Source: Solirubrobacterales bacterium
GTDB lineage: Bacteria; Actinomycetota; Thermoleophilia; Solirubrobacterales; 70-9
Assembly: GCA_036376215.1 (NCBI GenBank)
Contig: DASVAT010000016.1
Location: 135,766-199,765, forward strand
Direction: 5' to 3'
Length of the DNA stretch: 64,000 nt
Part shown: positions 55,788 to 64,000 of the stretch, piece after piece
Position numbering within the stretch: the first letter of the stretch is position 1
Layout of the letters: every line of letters starts with the position of its first letter
Notes under the pieces: model-generated
What the model saw: the letters and a program-made list of their open reading frames with translations, nothing else
What the model was told of the DNA's origin: nothing
Databases searched by the model: none
Position numbers and translations under genes: made by a program

Positions 55788-56174
55788 TCAGCGTCTCCGC
55801 GAGAGCCAGGCGAAGCCCGCCGCCATCGCGACGTTGGCGACGCCGGCCAGATGCAACCCGAGCTTCGCCCCCGGTCGGCTGACCGCGGGCGAGGTTGACC
55901 AGAGCGCGTCGGTCGCGATCTCGGTTCCGCGCAGCCAGGCGAGCGACTGCCAGTCGGCGGCGGTGCCGCGGCGCTCGGCGACCAGGTGGGCGGCGGCGAA
56001 GGTCAGCCAGATCGGTCCGCAGCGGCGGAAGAGGTGTTCCGCGTCGGGAGAGGGCTGGTCGTGACCGAGCACCTTCAGGGTCGTCGCCGGCGCCGCGATC
56101 GCGGCGCTGCCGAGCAGCAGGTCGAAGGCGATCATGTTGCGATTGGTCAGGCGCAGGGCCTTTTCGAGGTTCAT
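55788..56174 (-). CDS. Hypothetical membrane protein
   Basis: The internal ATG (MNLEKALRL...) gives a 128-aa protein with about 4 hydrophobic segments. Confidence 0.5.
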   Translation of the reverse strand: MNLEKALRLTNRNMIAFDLLLGSAAIAAPATTLKVLGHDQPSPDAEHLFRRCGPIWLTFAAAHLVAERRGTAADWQSLAWLRGTEIATDALWSTSPAVSRPGAKLGLHLAGVANVAMAAGFAWLSRRR

Positions 56175-56235
56175 CTGCGACGAATCCAACCAGAACCCGG
56201 AAGGGAAAGGGGCCGGTTCGGCGAAATGGACCGCC

Positions 56236-57084
56236 GTGACCAAGACCGCAACGAAGTCCCCACAGCTCAAAAGCCTCTCCGACTACATCCAGGAGCGCTT
56301 CGACGAGTTCTCGCGCTCCCAGAAGGACGTCGCCCGCTACATCGTCGACCACCTCGACGAGGCCGCCTTCCTCACCGCCGAGGAGCTGGCCCGCAGGGCG
56401 AGCACCTCTTCCTCGACCGTGGTGCGCTTCTCGCAGGCGCTCGGCTTCGAGGGCTACCCCGAGCTCCAGCAGGCCGCGATCGAGGAGTACCGGACGACGA
56501 TCGCCGCCGCCAGCGCCAACGGCGGAGCGCTCTTCTCATTCGACCACTCCGAGCTGGAGGGATCCCTCAGCGCCGATTACGCGAACCTCGAGGAAACCGC
56601 GCGCAAGCTGACCCCCGAGCAGGTCGACGCCTCGGTCCAGGCCCTGGCGACGGCGCAGCGGATCGTGATCGTCGGCGTCGACCAGATGGCCTTCTTCGCC
56701 AGCTACCTGCGTCACACCCTCAGCCTGCTGGACATCCGCGCCGAGATCGTCGCCAGCACCGGCGGCGAGTCCCTGCAGCGGCTCGGCCGGATCGACGAGA
56801 ACACCCTGGTCATCACCCTCTCCGCCGGCCGCGCCCACCCGCTTCTGCTGCGGGCGATGAAGCTGGCCCTGCACCGCGGCGCCCGCACCCTGGCGATCTC
56901 CGACGCGACGATGTCGGAGGTGGGGGAGCACGCCGAGCTGACCCTCTACTTCTCCTCGAACAGCCCCAGCTTCACCCGCAGCCACACGGCTCTGATGGCG
57001 CTCGTCCAGGGCCTGGCCCACGGCCTCTACGCACGCGACGAAGCGGCGCACAAAGACCGCATCAGAGCCTACAAACTCAAGTAA
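56236..57084 (+). CDS. MurR/RpiR-family transcriptional regulator (HTH_6 + SIS)
   Basis: RSQKDVARYIVDHLDEAAFLTAEELARRASTSSSTVVRFSQALGFEGY, plus a SIS domain (IVIVGVDQMAF). Confidence 0.85.
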   Translation: MTKTATKSPQLKSLSDYIQERFDEFSRSQKDVARYIVDHLDEAAFLTAEELARRASTSSSTVVRFSQALGFEGYPELQQAAIEEYRTTIAAASANGGALFSFDHSELEGSLSADYANLEETARKLTPEQVDASVQALATAQRIVIVGVDQMAFFASYLRHTLSLLDIRAEIVASTGGESLQRLGRIDENTLVITLSAGRAHPLLLRAMKLALHRGARTLAISDATMSEVGEHAELTLYFSSNSPSFTRSHTALMALVQGLAHGLYARDEAAHKDRIRAYKLK

Positions 57085-57099
57085 GACAGAGATCATCGG

Positions 57100-57170
57100 C
57101 CCGCGGGTCCTGTCACCCGTACAGGTACCTGCGCTGGATGCTCGGCACCTGTACGGGCGCCACCCGCGGG
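57100..57170 (+). promoter_or_regulatory. Nested stem-loop in the rpiR-pdxS spacer, overlapping the pdxS ribosome-binding region
   Basis: Outer stem cccgcgggt/acccgcggg (57100-08 / 57162-70). Inner stem cccgtacaggt/acctgtacggg (57116-26 / 57148-58). GGGAGGAG immediately follows and overlaps the 3' arm. Confidence 0.4.
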
Positions 57171-57189
57171 AGGAGCCTGCCTCCCTAAG

Positions 57190-58086
57190 ATGTCGGCCAT
57201 GAGCGAGCGAGCGACTTTCAGGTTGAAGACCGGCCTGGCCGAGATGCTGAAGGGCGGGGTGATCATGGACGTGGTCACCCCCGAGGAGGCGAAGATCGCC
57301 GAGGAGGCGGGCGCCTGCGCGGTGATGGCGCTGGAGCGGGTCCCGTCCGACATCCGCCGCGACGGCGGCGTCGCCCGGATGTCCGACCCGGCGATGATCA
57401 AGGGCATTCAGGAGGCCGTCTCGATCCCGGTGATGGCGAAGGCCCGGATCGGCCACTTCGCCGAGGCCCAGGTCCTGCAGTCCCTCGAGGTCGACTACGT
57501 CGACGAGTCCGAGGTGCTGACCCCGGCCGACGAGCACAACCACATCGACAAGTACGCCTTCGAGGTCCCCTTCGTCTGCGGCGCCACCAACCTCGGCGAG
57601 GCGCTGCGGCGGCTCGGCGAGGGCGCGGCGATGATCCGCTCCAAGGGCGAGGCGGGGACCGGCAACGTCGTCGAGGCGGTCCGCCACATGCGCGAGATCA
57701 CCTCCGGCATCAAGCGCCTCGCGCAGCTCGGGCCGGAGGAGCTCTCCTCGGAGGCCAAAGAACTCCAGGCCCCGCTCGAGGTGGTGAGGGCCGTCGCCGA
57801 GGCGGGCCGGCTGCCGGTGCCGCTGTTCTGCGCCGGCGGGATCGCCACGCCGGCCGATGCGGCGCTGATGATGCAGCTCGGCGCCGAGGGCAACTTCGTC
57901 GGTTCGGGGATCTTCAAGAGCGCCGACCCCGAGCGGCGGGCGCGGGCGATTGTCGAGGCGACCACCCACTTCAACGACCCCGAGCGGGTCGCGGCCGCCT
58001 CGATCGGTCTCGGCGAGGCGATGCCCGGGCTGGAGATCGCCGGCCTCGCCGCCGAGGACGCCCTGCTGCAGAACCGCGGAGCGTAG
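57190..58086 (+). CDS. pdxS: Pyridoxal 5'-phosphate synthase, lyase subunit PdxS
   Basis: [25 protein letters not shown], and [11 protein letters not shown]. Confidence 0.97.
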   Translation: MSAMSERATFRLKTGLAEMLKGGVIMDVVTPEEAKIAEEAGACAVMALERVPSDIRRDGGVARMSDPAMIKGIQEAVSIPVMAKARIGHFAEAQVLQSLEVDYVDESEVLTPADEHNHIDKYAFEVPFVCGATNLGEALRRLGEGAAMIRSKGEAGTGNVVEAVRHMREITSGIKRLAQLGPEELSSEAKELQAPLEVVRAVAEAGRLPVPLFCAGGIATPADAALMMQLGAEGNFVGSGIFKSADPERRARAIVEATTHFNDPERVAAASIGLGEAMPGLEIAGLAAEDALLQNRGA

Positions 58087-58695
58087 GTGGCCGACGCTGG
58101 GACCGCCGACTCCCTCGCGGTAGGCGTCCTCGCGCTCCAGGGCGACTTCGAAGCCCACGCGAGGACCCTGCGCCAGCTCGGAGCCGAGCCGCGCGAGGTG
58201 CGCGTCCCGCAGGACCTCGAGGATCTCGACGCGCTCGTCATCCCCGGCGGGGAGAGCACCACGATCGGCAAGCTGATCGAGTCCGCCGGGCTGGAGCCGG
58301 CGCTGCGGGCGCACCACGACGCGGGCCGCCCGCTCCTCGGCACCTGCGCCGGGTTGATCGTCTGCGACGCCGAGCACCTCGGCTTCATCGACGCGACCGC
58401 GAGGCGGAACGCCTTCGGCCGCCAGCTGCAGAGCTTCGAGGCCGACCTTGCGGTCGAGGGAATCGGCGACGAGCCGCTGCGGGCGGTCTTCATCCGCGCG
58501 CCGTGGGTCGAGCGGCACGGGCCGGAGGTCGAGGTCCTCGCCTCCCACGAGGGCCATCCGGTGGCGATCCGCGAGGGGAGCGTCCTCGCCTGCGCCTTCC
58601 ACCCGGAGCTGACCGACGACCCGCGGTTCCACGCGATCTTCATGGCGATGACTACTGCCGCCCGCGAGCGGGCGGGGGAGGAGGCGAGGCGATGA
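58087..58695 (+). CDS. pdxT: Pyridoxal 5'-phosphate synthase, glutaminase subunit PdxT
   Basis: GVLALQGDF, GTCAGLI, and AFHPELT. Confidence 0.95.
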   Translation: MADAGTADSLAVGVLALQGDFEAHARTLRQLGAEPREVRVPQDLEDLDALVIPGGESTTIGKLIESAGLEPALRAHHDAGRPLLGTCAGLIVCDAEHLGFIDATARRNAFGRQLQSFEADLAVEGIGDEPLRAVFIRAPWVERHGPEVEVLASHEGHPVAIREGSVLACAFHPELTDDPRFHAIFMAMTTAARERAGEEARR

Positions 58696-59801
58696 GCGGC
58701 GGCGACCCGAGGGTTCAGAACCTGGCGAAGATCCTGGTCGGCTACTCGACCGGGGTGAAGGAGGGCGACGTCGTCGCGATCGACGGCGAGAGCGCTGCCG
58801 CGCCGCTGTTGCTGGCGGTCTACGAGGAGGTGCTGAAAGCCGGCGGCCACGCGGTGATGAACGTTGCCCTCGACGGTCAGATCGCCGCCTACTTCAAGCA
58901 CGCCTCCGACGCGCAGCTGGAATGGATATCCCCCTTCGCCGAGTGGATGGTCGACAACGTCGACGTGCGGATCGCGATCGGCGCGACCACCAACACCCGC
59001 GAGCTCTCGGGGGTGCCGCCGGAGCGCCAGACGCTGCGTCAGTCGGCCACCGGGGACCTGATGACGCGGGCGATGAAGCGCGCGGCCGAGGGCGATTTCC
59101 GCTGGTGCTACACGCTCTACCCGACCAGCGCCTACGCCTCCGAGGCCGAGATGAGCCTGGCCGACTACGAAGACTTCTACTACGGCGCCTGCCTGGCGAG
59201 CGACCCCGAGCCGCTGACCGCCTGGAAGCGCGCCTCGGAGGAGACGACGCGGTTGGCGGGGTGGATCGAGGGCCACGAGGAGGTGCGGGTGACCGCGCCG
59301 GGGACCGACATCAGGCTCGGCATCGCCGGGCGCCGGTTCATCCCCTGCGTCGGCGACAACAACATGCCCGACGGCGAGTTCTTCACCGGTCCGGTCGAGG
59401 ACTCCGTCGAGGGCGAGGTCAGCTTCCACCTGCCGGCGGTGATCGGCGGCCGCGAGGTCTCGGGCGTGCGCCTGCGCTTCGAGGCCGGCAGGGTCGTCGA
59501 CGCCTCCGCCGAGCGCGGCGAGGAGTACCTGCTGAAGCTGCTCGACACCGACGAGGGCGCCCGCACCCTCGGCGAGCTCGGGATCGGCACCAACTACGGG
59601 ATCGCCAAAGGCACCCGCGAGGTCCTGCTCGACGAGAAGATCGGCGGCACCGTCCACATGGCGGTCGGCAGCAGCTATCCCGAGTCCGGCGGCGAGAACG
59701 AGTCCGCCGTCCACACCGACCTCGTCTGCGACCTCCGCCTCGGCGGCAAGCTCGAAGTCGACGGCGTCGTCATGCAGGAAGACGGCAGGTTCGTGGTCTG
59801 A
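58692..59801 (+). CDS. M29-family aminopeptidase (AmpS/PepS-like)
   Basis: LAKILVGYSTGVKEGD, NMPDGEFFTGP, and GTVHMAVG. ATGA overlap with pdxT. Confidence 0.85.
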   Translation: MSGGDPRVQNLAKILVGYSTGVKEGDVVAIDGESAAAPLLLAVYEEVLKAGGHAVMNVALDGQIAAYFKHASDAQLEWISPFAEWMVDNVDVRIAIGATTNTRELSGVPPERQTLRQSATGDLMTRAMKRAAEGDFRWCYTLYPTSAYASEAEMSLADYEDFYYGACLASDPEPLTAWKRASEETTRLAGWIEGHEEVRVTAPGTDIRLGIAGRRFIPCVGDNNMPDGEFFTGPVEDSVEGEVSFHLPAVIGGREVSGVRLRFEAGRVVDASAERGEEYLLKLLDTDEGARTLGELGIGTNYGIAKGTREVLLDEKIGGTVHMAVGSSYPESGGENESAVHTDLVCDLRLGGKLEVDGVVMQEDGRFVV

Positions 59802-59806
59802 CGTGC

Positions 59807-60178
59807 TCAGACGAGGGAGATCAGCGCGGCGATCGTCCCCATGAAGCCGAGGAAGATGGTGCCGACCACCCCCCACAGGAGCTGAGTGACGGAGCGGTGG
59901 AAGGCGCCGGTGTCGGCGCGAAGCTGGCCCATCTCGGCGCGGAACCCGCGGAATTCCTGTTGCATCTCCGCGCGAAGGGTCTTCGACTCCTCCTTGAACT
60001 CCGCGCGAAGGGCTTTCGACTCCTCCTTGAACTCCGCGCGAAGGGCTTTCGACTCTTCCTTCATTTCTGCGCGGACCGCCTTGAATTCCGTGCGCATCTC
60101 TTCGAAGCCAGCGTCCACCTGCATGCTCAGCTGATTCAGATCTGCGTCGGTCCACCGGTCCCTTGCCATCACGGCCAT
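59807..60178 (-). CDS. Tail-anchored coiled-coil protein with 11-aa repeats
   Basis: MAVMARDRWTD N-terminus (shared with 17165..), AEFKEESKALR repeats, and C-terminal TM LLWGVVGTIFLGFMGTIAALISLV. Confidence 0.7.
   Translation of the reverse strand: MAVMARDRWTDADLNQLSMQVDAGFEEMRTEFKAVRAEMKEESKALRAEFKEESKALRAEFKEESKTLRAEMQQEFRGFRAEMGQLRADTGAFHRSVTQLLWGVVGTIFLGFMGTIAALISLV
59966..60064 (-). repeat. 33-bp tandem repeat, 3 copies (in-gene, encodes hendecads)
   Basis: ctccgcgcgaaggg(c/t)(t)ttcgactcctccttgaa occurs three times on the plus strand as written. Confidence 0.9.
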
Positions 60179-60246
60179 GATGGCAACCTACCAAGCCAAA
60201 TGCAACTTTTGGTCTGCGAAACTTTAAAATTACCGTGCCGGAAGTG

Positions 60247-60681
60247 TTACTGGTCGGGCAGGGGCGAGCCGGCGAGGAGGAAGAACCACAGGGTCAGGGC
60301 CAGGGCGGCGAGCATCACCGAGGCCATCAGCACCGCCTCGACCACGGTGACCGAGTTGGAGACCGGGCTGGTGTCGCGCATGCTCTTCAGCCAGGTTGGC
60401 CGGATCGGCGCCAGCCGGTTGGTCCCGGTGATGCGGATGTAGAGGTTGTTGAGGCGACCAATCAGCCAGGCGACGACGAGGATCGAGGCGACGATGCCGA
60501 CGGCGACCACCGCGTAGGGACCGCCGCTCGGGAACTGGGTCTCGGAGAGCTTCGAGGCGATGTAGACCCAGCTCAGCGGGATCGCGGTCCAGAGCGAGAA
60601 GGCGGCCAGGAGCATGGCGAGGAAGACGAGGCCTGCGGCCAGCGCGTGTCCCACTCCGTGGGTTCTCTCCGTCGGTGCCAT
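60247..60681 (-). CDS. Integral membrane protein, 4 TM
   Basis: 144 aa with four clear hydrophobic helices. No family recognised. Confidence 0.6.
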   Translation of the reverse strand: MAPTERTHGVGHALAAGLVFLAMLLAAFSLWTAIPLSWVYIASKLSETQFPSGGPYAVVAVGIVASILVVAWLIGRLNNLYIRITGTNRLAPIRPTWLKSMRDTSPVSNSVTVVEAVLMASVMLAALALTLWFFLLAGSPLPDQ

Positions 60682-60707
60682 GGGGCGACTTCATAGAATG
60701 CCAGGCG

Positions 60708-61457
60708 ATGTCCGGACATTCCAAGTGGCATTCGATTAAACACAAGAAGGGCGCGGCCGACGCGAAACGCGGCAAGCTCTTCAGCAAGCTCGCGCGCGCG
60801 ATCACCGTCGCCGCGCGCGACGGCGGCGGCGACCCGAGCGGCAACCCGACCCTGGCGACGGCGGTCCAGAAGGCCAAAGACGCCTCGATGCCGAAGGACA
60901 AGATCCAGAAAGCGATCGACGTCGGCACCGGGGCGGGCGCGGACGGCGCCGCGATCGAAAGGATCGTCTACGAGGGCTACGGCCCCGCCGGCGTCGCCGT
61001 CCTCGTCGAGGCGCTGACCGACAACCGCAACCGCGCCGGCGCCGAGATCCGCCACGCCTTCTCCAAGCACGGCGGCAACCTCGGGGAGCCGGGCTCGGTC
61101 GCCTGGATCTTCGAGAAAAAGGGGGCGATCGTCGTCGACGGCGAGCGCTATGGCGAGGACGACCTGATCGGGGCGATCGACGCCGGTGCCGAGGACGTGC
61201 GCGAGGACGAGGGCAAGCTGCGGGTGGTCTGCGAGCCGACCGACCTCACCGCCGTGCGCGAAGCGCTGGAGGGAGAAGGCATCGAGGTCGAGTCCGCCGG
61301 CCTGATCACCGAGCCGAAGAGCAGCGTCGAACTCAAGGGCCACGACGCCGAGCGCCTCCTCGCGCTGCTCGACTCGCTCGACGACCAGGACGACGTCGAC
61401 GAGGTCTTCGCCAACTTCGACATTCCCGCGGACGTGCTCGAGAAACTGGCCGCCTGA
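60708..61457 (+). CDS. yebC: YebC/PmpR-family DNA-binding regulator
   Basis: MSGHSKWHSIKHKKG N-terminus. Located upstream of ruvCAB. Confidence 0.95.
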   Translation: MSGHSKWHSIKHKKGAADAKRGKLFSKLARAITVAARDGGGDPSGNPTLATAVQKAKDASMPKDKIQKAIDVGTGAGADGAAIERIVYEGYGPAGVAVLVEALTDNRNRAGAEIRHAFSKHGGNLGEPGSVAWIFEKKGAIVVDGERYGEDDLIGAIDAGAEDVREDEGKLRVVCEPTDLTAVREALEGEGIEVESAGLITEPKSSVELKGHDAERLLALLDSLDDQDDVDEVFANFDIPADVLEKLAA

Positions 61458-61502
61458 GCCCTCGCCGGAAGGCATCCGGCACTCATTCCAGAATCAATCC
61501 CC

Positions 61503-62042
61503 ATGCAGGTCGTGATGGGCATCGATCCCGGTGCCGCAAACCTCGGTTTCGGCATCGTCCGGGTGGAGGGGACCCACATGGTCGCCCTCGACGGCGGCGT
61601 GGTCGAGACCACGCCGGATCAGCCGATGGAGCGGCGCCTGGAGCGGATCCACCGCTCGCTGTCGGAGCTGCTCGCCTGGCACGAGCCGAAGGCGATGGCG
61701 ATCGAGGACGTCTACTTCGGCAAGAACGTCCGCTCGGCGATGGCCGTCGGCCAGGCGAGCGGCGTGGCGATGCTGGCGGCCGCCGAACGCGGAATCGAGT
61801 GCTTCACGTACACGCCGCAGGCGATCAAGATGGCGGTCTGCGGCTCCGGCGGGGCCGGCAAGCGCCAGGTCCAGAAAATGGTGGGAACCCTCCTCGGCCT
61901 GCCCGAGCCGCCGACCCCCGACCACGCCGCCGACGCCCTGGCGGTCGCGATCTGCCACGGCGGCGGCAACGGTCATCGCAGCGCGGTGACGATCGCGCGC
62001 GAAGCGACGGACGCCCTGCGCGGGGAGCGGATCGCCGGGTGA
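61503..62042 (+). CDS. ruvC: Holliday junction resolvase RuvC
   Basis: MGIDPG..., AIEDVYF, and [13 protein letters not shown]. Confidence 0.93.
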   Translation: MQVVMGIDPGAANLGFGIVRVEGTHMVALDGGVVETTPDQPMERRLERIHRSLSELLAWHEPKAMAIEDVYFGKNVRSAMAVGQASGVAMLAAAERGIECFTYTPQAIKMAVCGSGGAGKRQVQKMVGTLLGLPEPPTPDHAADALAVAICHGGGNGHRSAVTIAREATDALRGERIAG

Positions 62043-62635
62043 TCGCCGGGGTGCGCGGAGAGGTGATGGTGCGCCGGGCCGATCACGTGGTGATCGACGC
62101 GGCCGGCGTCGGCTACCGCCTTGCCGTCTCCTCGGAGACCCTGAAAGCCGTCCCGGCGGCGGGGAGCGACGCCTTCCTCCACGCGGAGCTGATCTCCCGC
62201 GACGACTCGCTCGCGCTCTACGGCTTCTCCTCCGAGGAGGAGCGGGACCTCTTCCGGCTGCTGATCACGGTCAGTGGCGTCGGCCCGAAAGTCGCGATCG
62301 CGACCCTCTCCGGCGGCACCGCGCGCGACCTGCTGCGGGCGATCGCCGCCGGCGACGCGAAGCGCTTCCAGGCGGTGCCGGGGATCGGCAAGCGGACCTC
62401 GGAGCGGATCATCGTCGAGCTGCGCGAGAAGGTCGCCGGGGCGCTGGAGGAGGAGGTGGCGCTCGCCGTGGCCGAGGAGGGCGACCCCCGCACGCTCGCC
62501 CGCGACGGGCTGGTCAACCTCGGCTACGCCCCGCTGGAGGCCGAGCAGCTGCTCGACGGGGTCGAGGGCGCCGAGCCGCAGGAGCTGGTGGCGGCGGCGC
62601 TGCGCAGGGCCGCCGCGGCGAGGAACGCAGCGTGA
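62039..62635 (+). CDS. ruvA: Holliday junction branch migration protein RuvA
   Basis: [29 protein letters not shown]-type HhH region, and [17 protein letters not shown] overlap with ruvC. Confidence 0.92.
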   Translation: MIAGVRGEVMVRRADHVVIDAAGVGYRLAVSSETLKAVPAAGSDAFLHAELISRDDSLALYGFSSEEERDLFRLLITVSGVGPKVAIATLSGGTARDLLRAIAAGDAKRFQAVPGIGKRTSERIIVELREKVAGALEEEVALAVAEEGDPRTLARDGLVNLGYAPLEAEQLLDGVEGAEPQELVAAALRRAAAARNAA

Positions 62636-63723
62636 ACGAGCCGCCGGACATCGGGGGGAACCGGATCCGCACGCCCGGGATCGAGAACGAGCCGGTGCCG
62701 GTCGACGCCGAGGTCAGGGTCCACGACGCCCGCGCCGAGCTGCCCGACGAAGACCTCGACCGCTCGCTGCGCCCGCCGACGCTCGGGGACTTCGTCAACC
62801 AGACCCAGGTGACCGACCAGCTGGCGATCTTCATCGAGGCGGCCAAGCGCCGCGGCGAGCCGCTCGACCACGTGCTGCTCGCCGGCCCTCCCGGGCTGGG
62901 CAAGACTTCGCTCGCGCACATCGTCGCGGCCGAGCTCGGGGTGCCGATGGTGCAGACCGCGGGCCCGGCGCTGGAGCGCAAGGCCGACGTCGCCTCCTTT
63001 CTCACCGCCCTGGAGCCGGGCAGCGTCTTCTTCATCGACGAGATCCACCGCCTCGGCCGGGCGGTCGAGGAGACCCTCTACCCGGCGATGGAGGACGGTG
63101 AGCTGCCGGTGGTGCTGGGACAGGGCGCCGGCGCCCGCACCGTGACGCTGCCCTTGCCGCCGTTCACGCTGGTCGGGGCGACGACCCGCTCCGGGCTGCT
63201 GACGACGCCGCTGCGGGACCGCTTCGGGGTCTCGCACCGGCTGGAGTACTACGAGACCGAGCACCTGGCGCTGATCGTCACGCGCTCCGCCGGGATCCTC
63301 GGCATCGACATCGACGCCGGCGGCGCGGAGACGATCGCCTCGCGCTCGCGCGGGACCCCCCGCGTCGCCAACCGCCTGCTCAAGCGGGTCAGGGACTTCG
63401 CCCAGGTGAAGGGGTCGGGGCGGATCGGAATCGAGGACGCCGCGGCCGCCCTGGAGATGCTGGAGGTCGACGCCGGCGGGCTGGACCGCAGCGACCGGGC
63501 GCTGCTGGAGACGATCGCGACCAAGTTCGGCGGCGGGCCCGTCGGCCTCTCCACTCTGGCGATCGCGATCGGCGAGGAGCAGGACACGATCGAGGACGTG
63601 CTCGAGCCCTATCTGCTCCAGCAGGGGCTGCTCAAGCGGACCCCGCGGGGCCGGGTCCTGACCGAGCGCGCCTTCGCCCATCTAGGCGTGCCCGCGCCCG
63701 AAGGTGCGGCGAGCCTCTTCTGA
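62632..63723 (+). CDS. ruvB: Holliday junction DNA helicase RuvB
   Basis: [11 protein letters not shown], Walker [17 protein letters not shown], and [11 protein letters not shown]. Confidence 0.97.
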   Translation: MNEPPDIGGNRIRTPGIENEPVPVDAEVRVHDARAELPDEDLDRSLRPPTLGDFVNQTQVTDQLAIFIEAAKRRGEPLDHVLLAGPPGLGKTSLAHIVAAELGVPMVQTAGPALERKADVASFLTALEPGSVFFIDEIHRLGRAVEETLYPAMEDGELPVVLGQGAGARTVTLPLPPFTLVGATTRSGLLTTPLRDRFGVSHRLEYYETEHLALIVTRSAGILGIDIDAGGAETIASRSRGTPRVANRLLKRVRDFAQVKGSGRIGIEDAAAALEMLEVDAGGLDRSDRALLETIATKFGGGPVGLSTLAIAIGEEQDTIEDVLEPYLLQQGLLKRTPRGRVLTERAFAHLGVPAPEGAASLF

Positions 63724-63747
63724 GCCTCGCCAGCTAGCCTGTCGAGC

Positions 63748-64000
63748 ATGCCGTTCTTCATCTGTCCGAATTGCGGTCACCGGGAGGTGAGCGGGGAGCG
63801 AACCGCGGGGTTCAGCACCCGTCCCAAGGGCTGCTCCAAATGCGGGTTCGGCTTTGTCTTTGAATTACTCGACGATTATTATCCGGCTCCTAATGCGGCC
63901 TTTTTCGTCTGTGACAAGCAGGAACGCGTGATCGACGCCGGAAAAGGCAGCTTCGAGCTGACCGGGCTGACCGACGAGGACGTGATCGGCCGGCCGGTGC
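63748..64000 (+). CDS. Hypothetical protein with N-terminal zinc-ribbon (CPNCG...CSKCG), 3' end outside the window
   Basis: The frame is open from the ATG at 63748 to the window end (MPFFICPNCGHREVSG...GCSKCGFGFVFELLDDYY...). It is not in the ORF track because it is incomplete. Confidence 0.4.
   Translation, partial: MPFFICPNCGHREVSGERTAGFSTRPKGCSKCGFGFVFELLDDYYPAPNAAFFVCDKQERVIDAGKGSFELTGLTDEDVIGRPV

Overview
This is a 64-kb window of very high-GC chromosome. Counted lines run about 70-78% G+C, which produces many long antisense shadow ORFs. Gene content and order look like the core of an Actinomycetota chromosome. One block matches the tlyA-nadK-recN-steA-mctB-pyrG-xerD order I recall from Mycobacterium tuberculosis Rv1694-Rv1701. 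It is followed by fpg-recO-dgt-dnaG-tRNA-Asn, and later by pdxS-pdxT-yebC-ruvC-ruvA-ruvB. Many adjacent genes overlap by 4 nt (GTGA or ATGA), suggesting translational coupling. I could not assign a finer taxon; a Thermoleophilia- or Rubrobacteria-like lineage is only a guess.

I call about 70 protein genes, 2 tRNAs (Asn-GTT and a CAT-anticodon Met/Ile2), several long perfect hairpins that act as terminator-like elements, and two in-gene tandem repeats.

The best candidate for something new is a low-GC islet at about 11.4-13.9 kb, between a STAS gene and tlyA:
- It holds two diverged tandem copies of a two-gene cassette that looks like a toxin-antitoxin module.
- In the first copy, the RelE/ParE-like toxin ORF loses its C-terminus and continues in frame into a ~150-aa, ~55% GC domain with an RNRIAH (Rx4H, HEPN-type) motif.
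- The islet ends in about 560 bp of non-coding DNA containing an orphan minus-strand terminator.

Other points of interest:
- A fused B12-binding mutase-like protein (DxHxxA variant of the DxHxxG motif) with a GlmL/MutL-like partner, inside a TetR/aminotransferase/permease cluster.
- A low-GC HTH-HNH gene wedged between dnaG and tRNA-Asn, with a 14-nt duplicate of the tRNA 5' end.
- A DEAD-box helicase whose conserved N-terminus lies upstream of any canonical start codon.
- A paralogous pair of repeat-containing, tail-anchored coiled-coil proteins, one apparently frameshifted.
- An orphan Hpt protein coupled to a thioredoxin-like lipoprotein.

All family assignments come from motif recognition by eye; no database searches were run.
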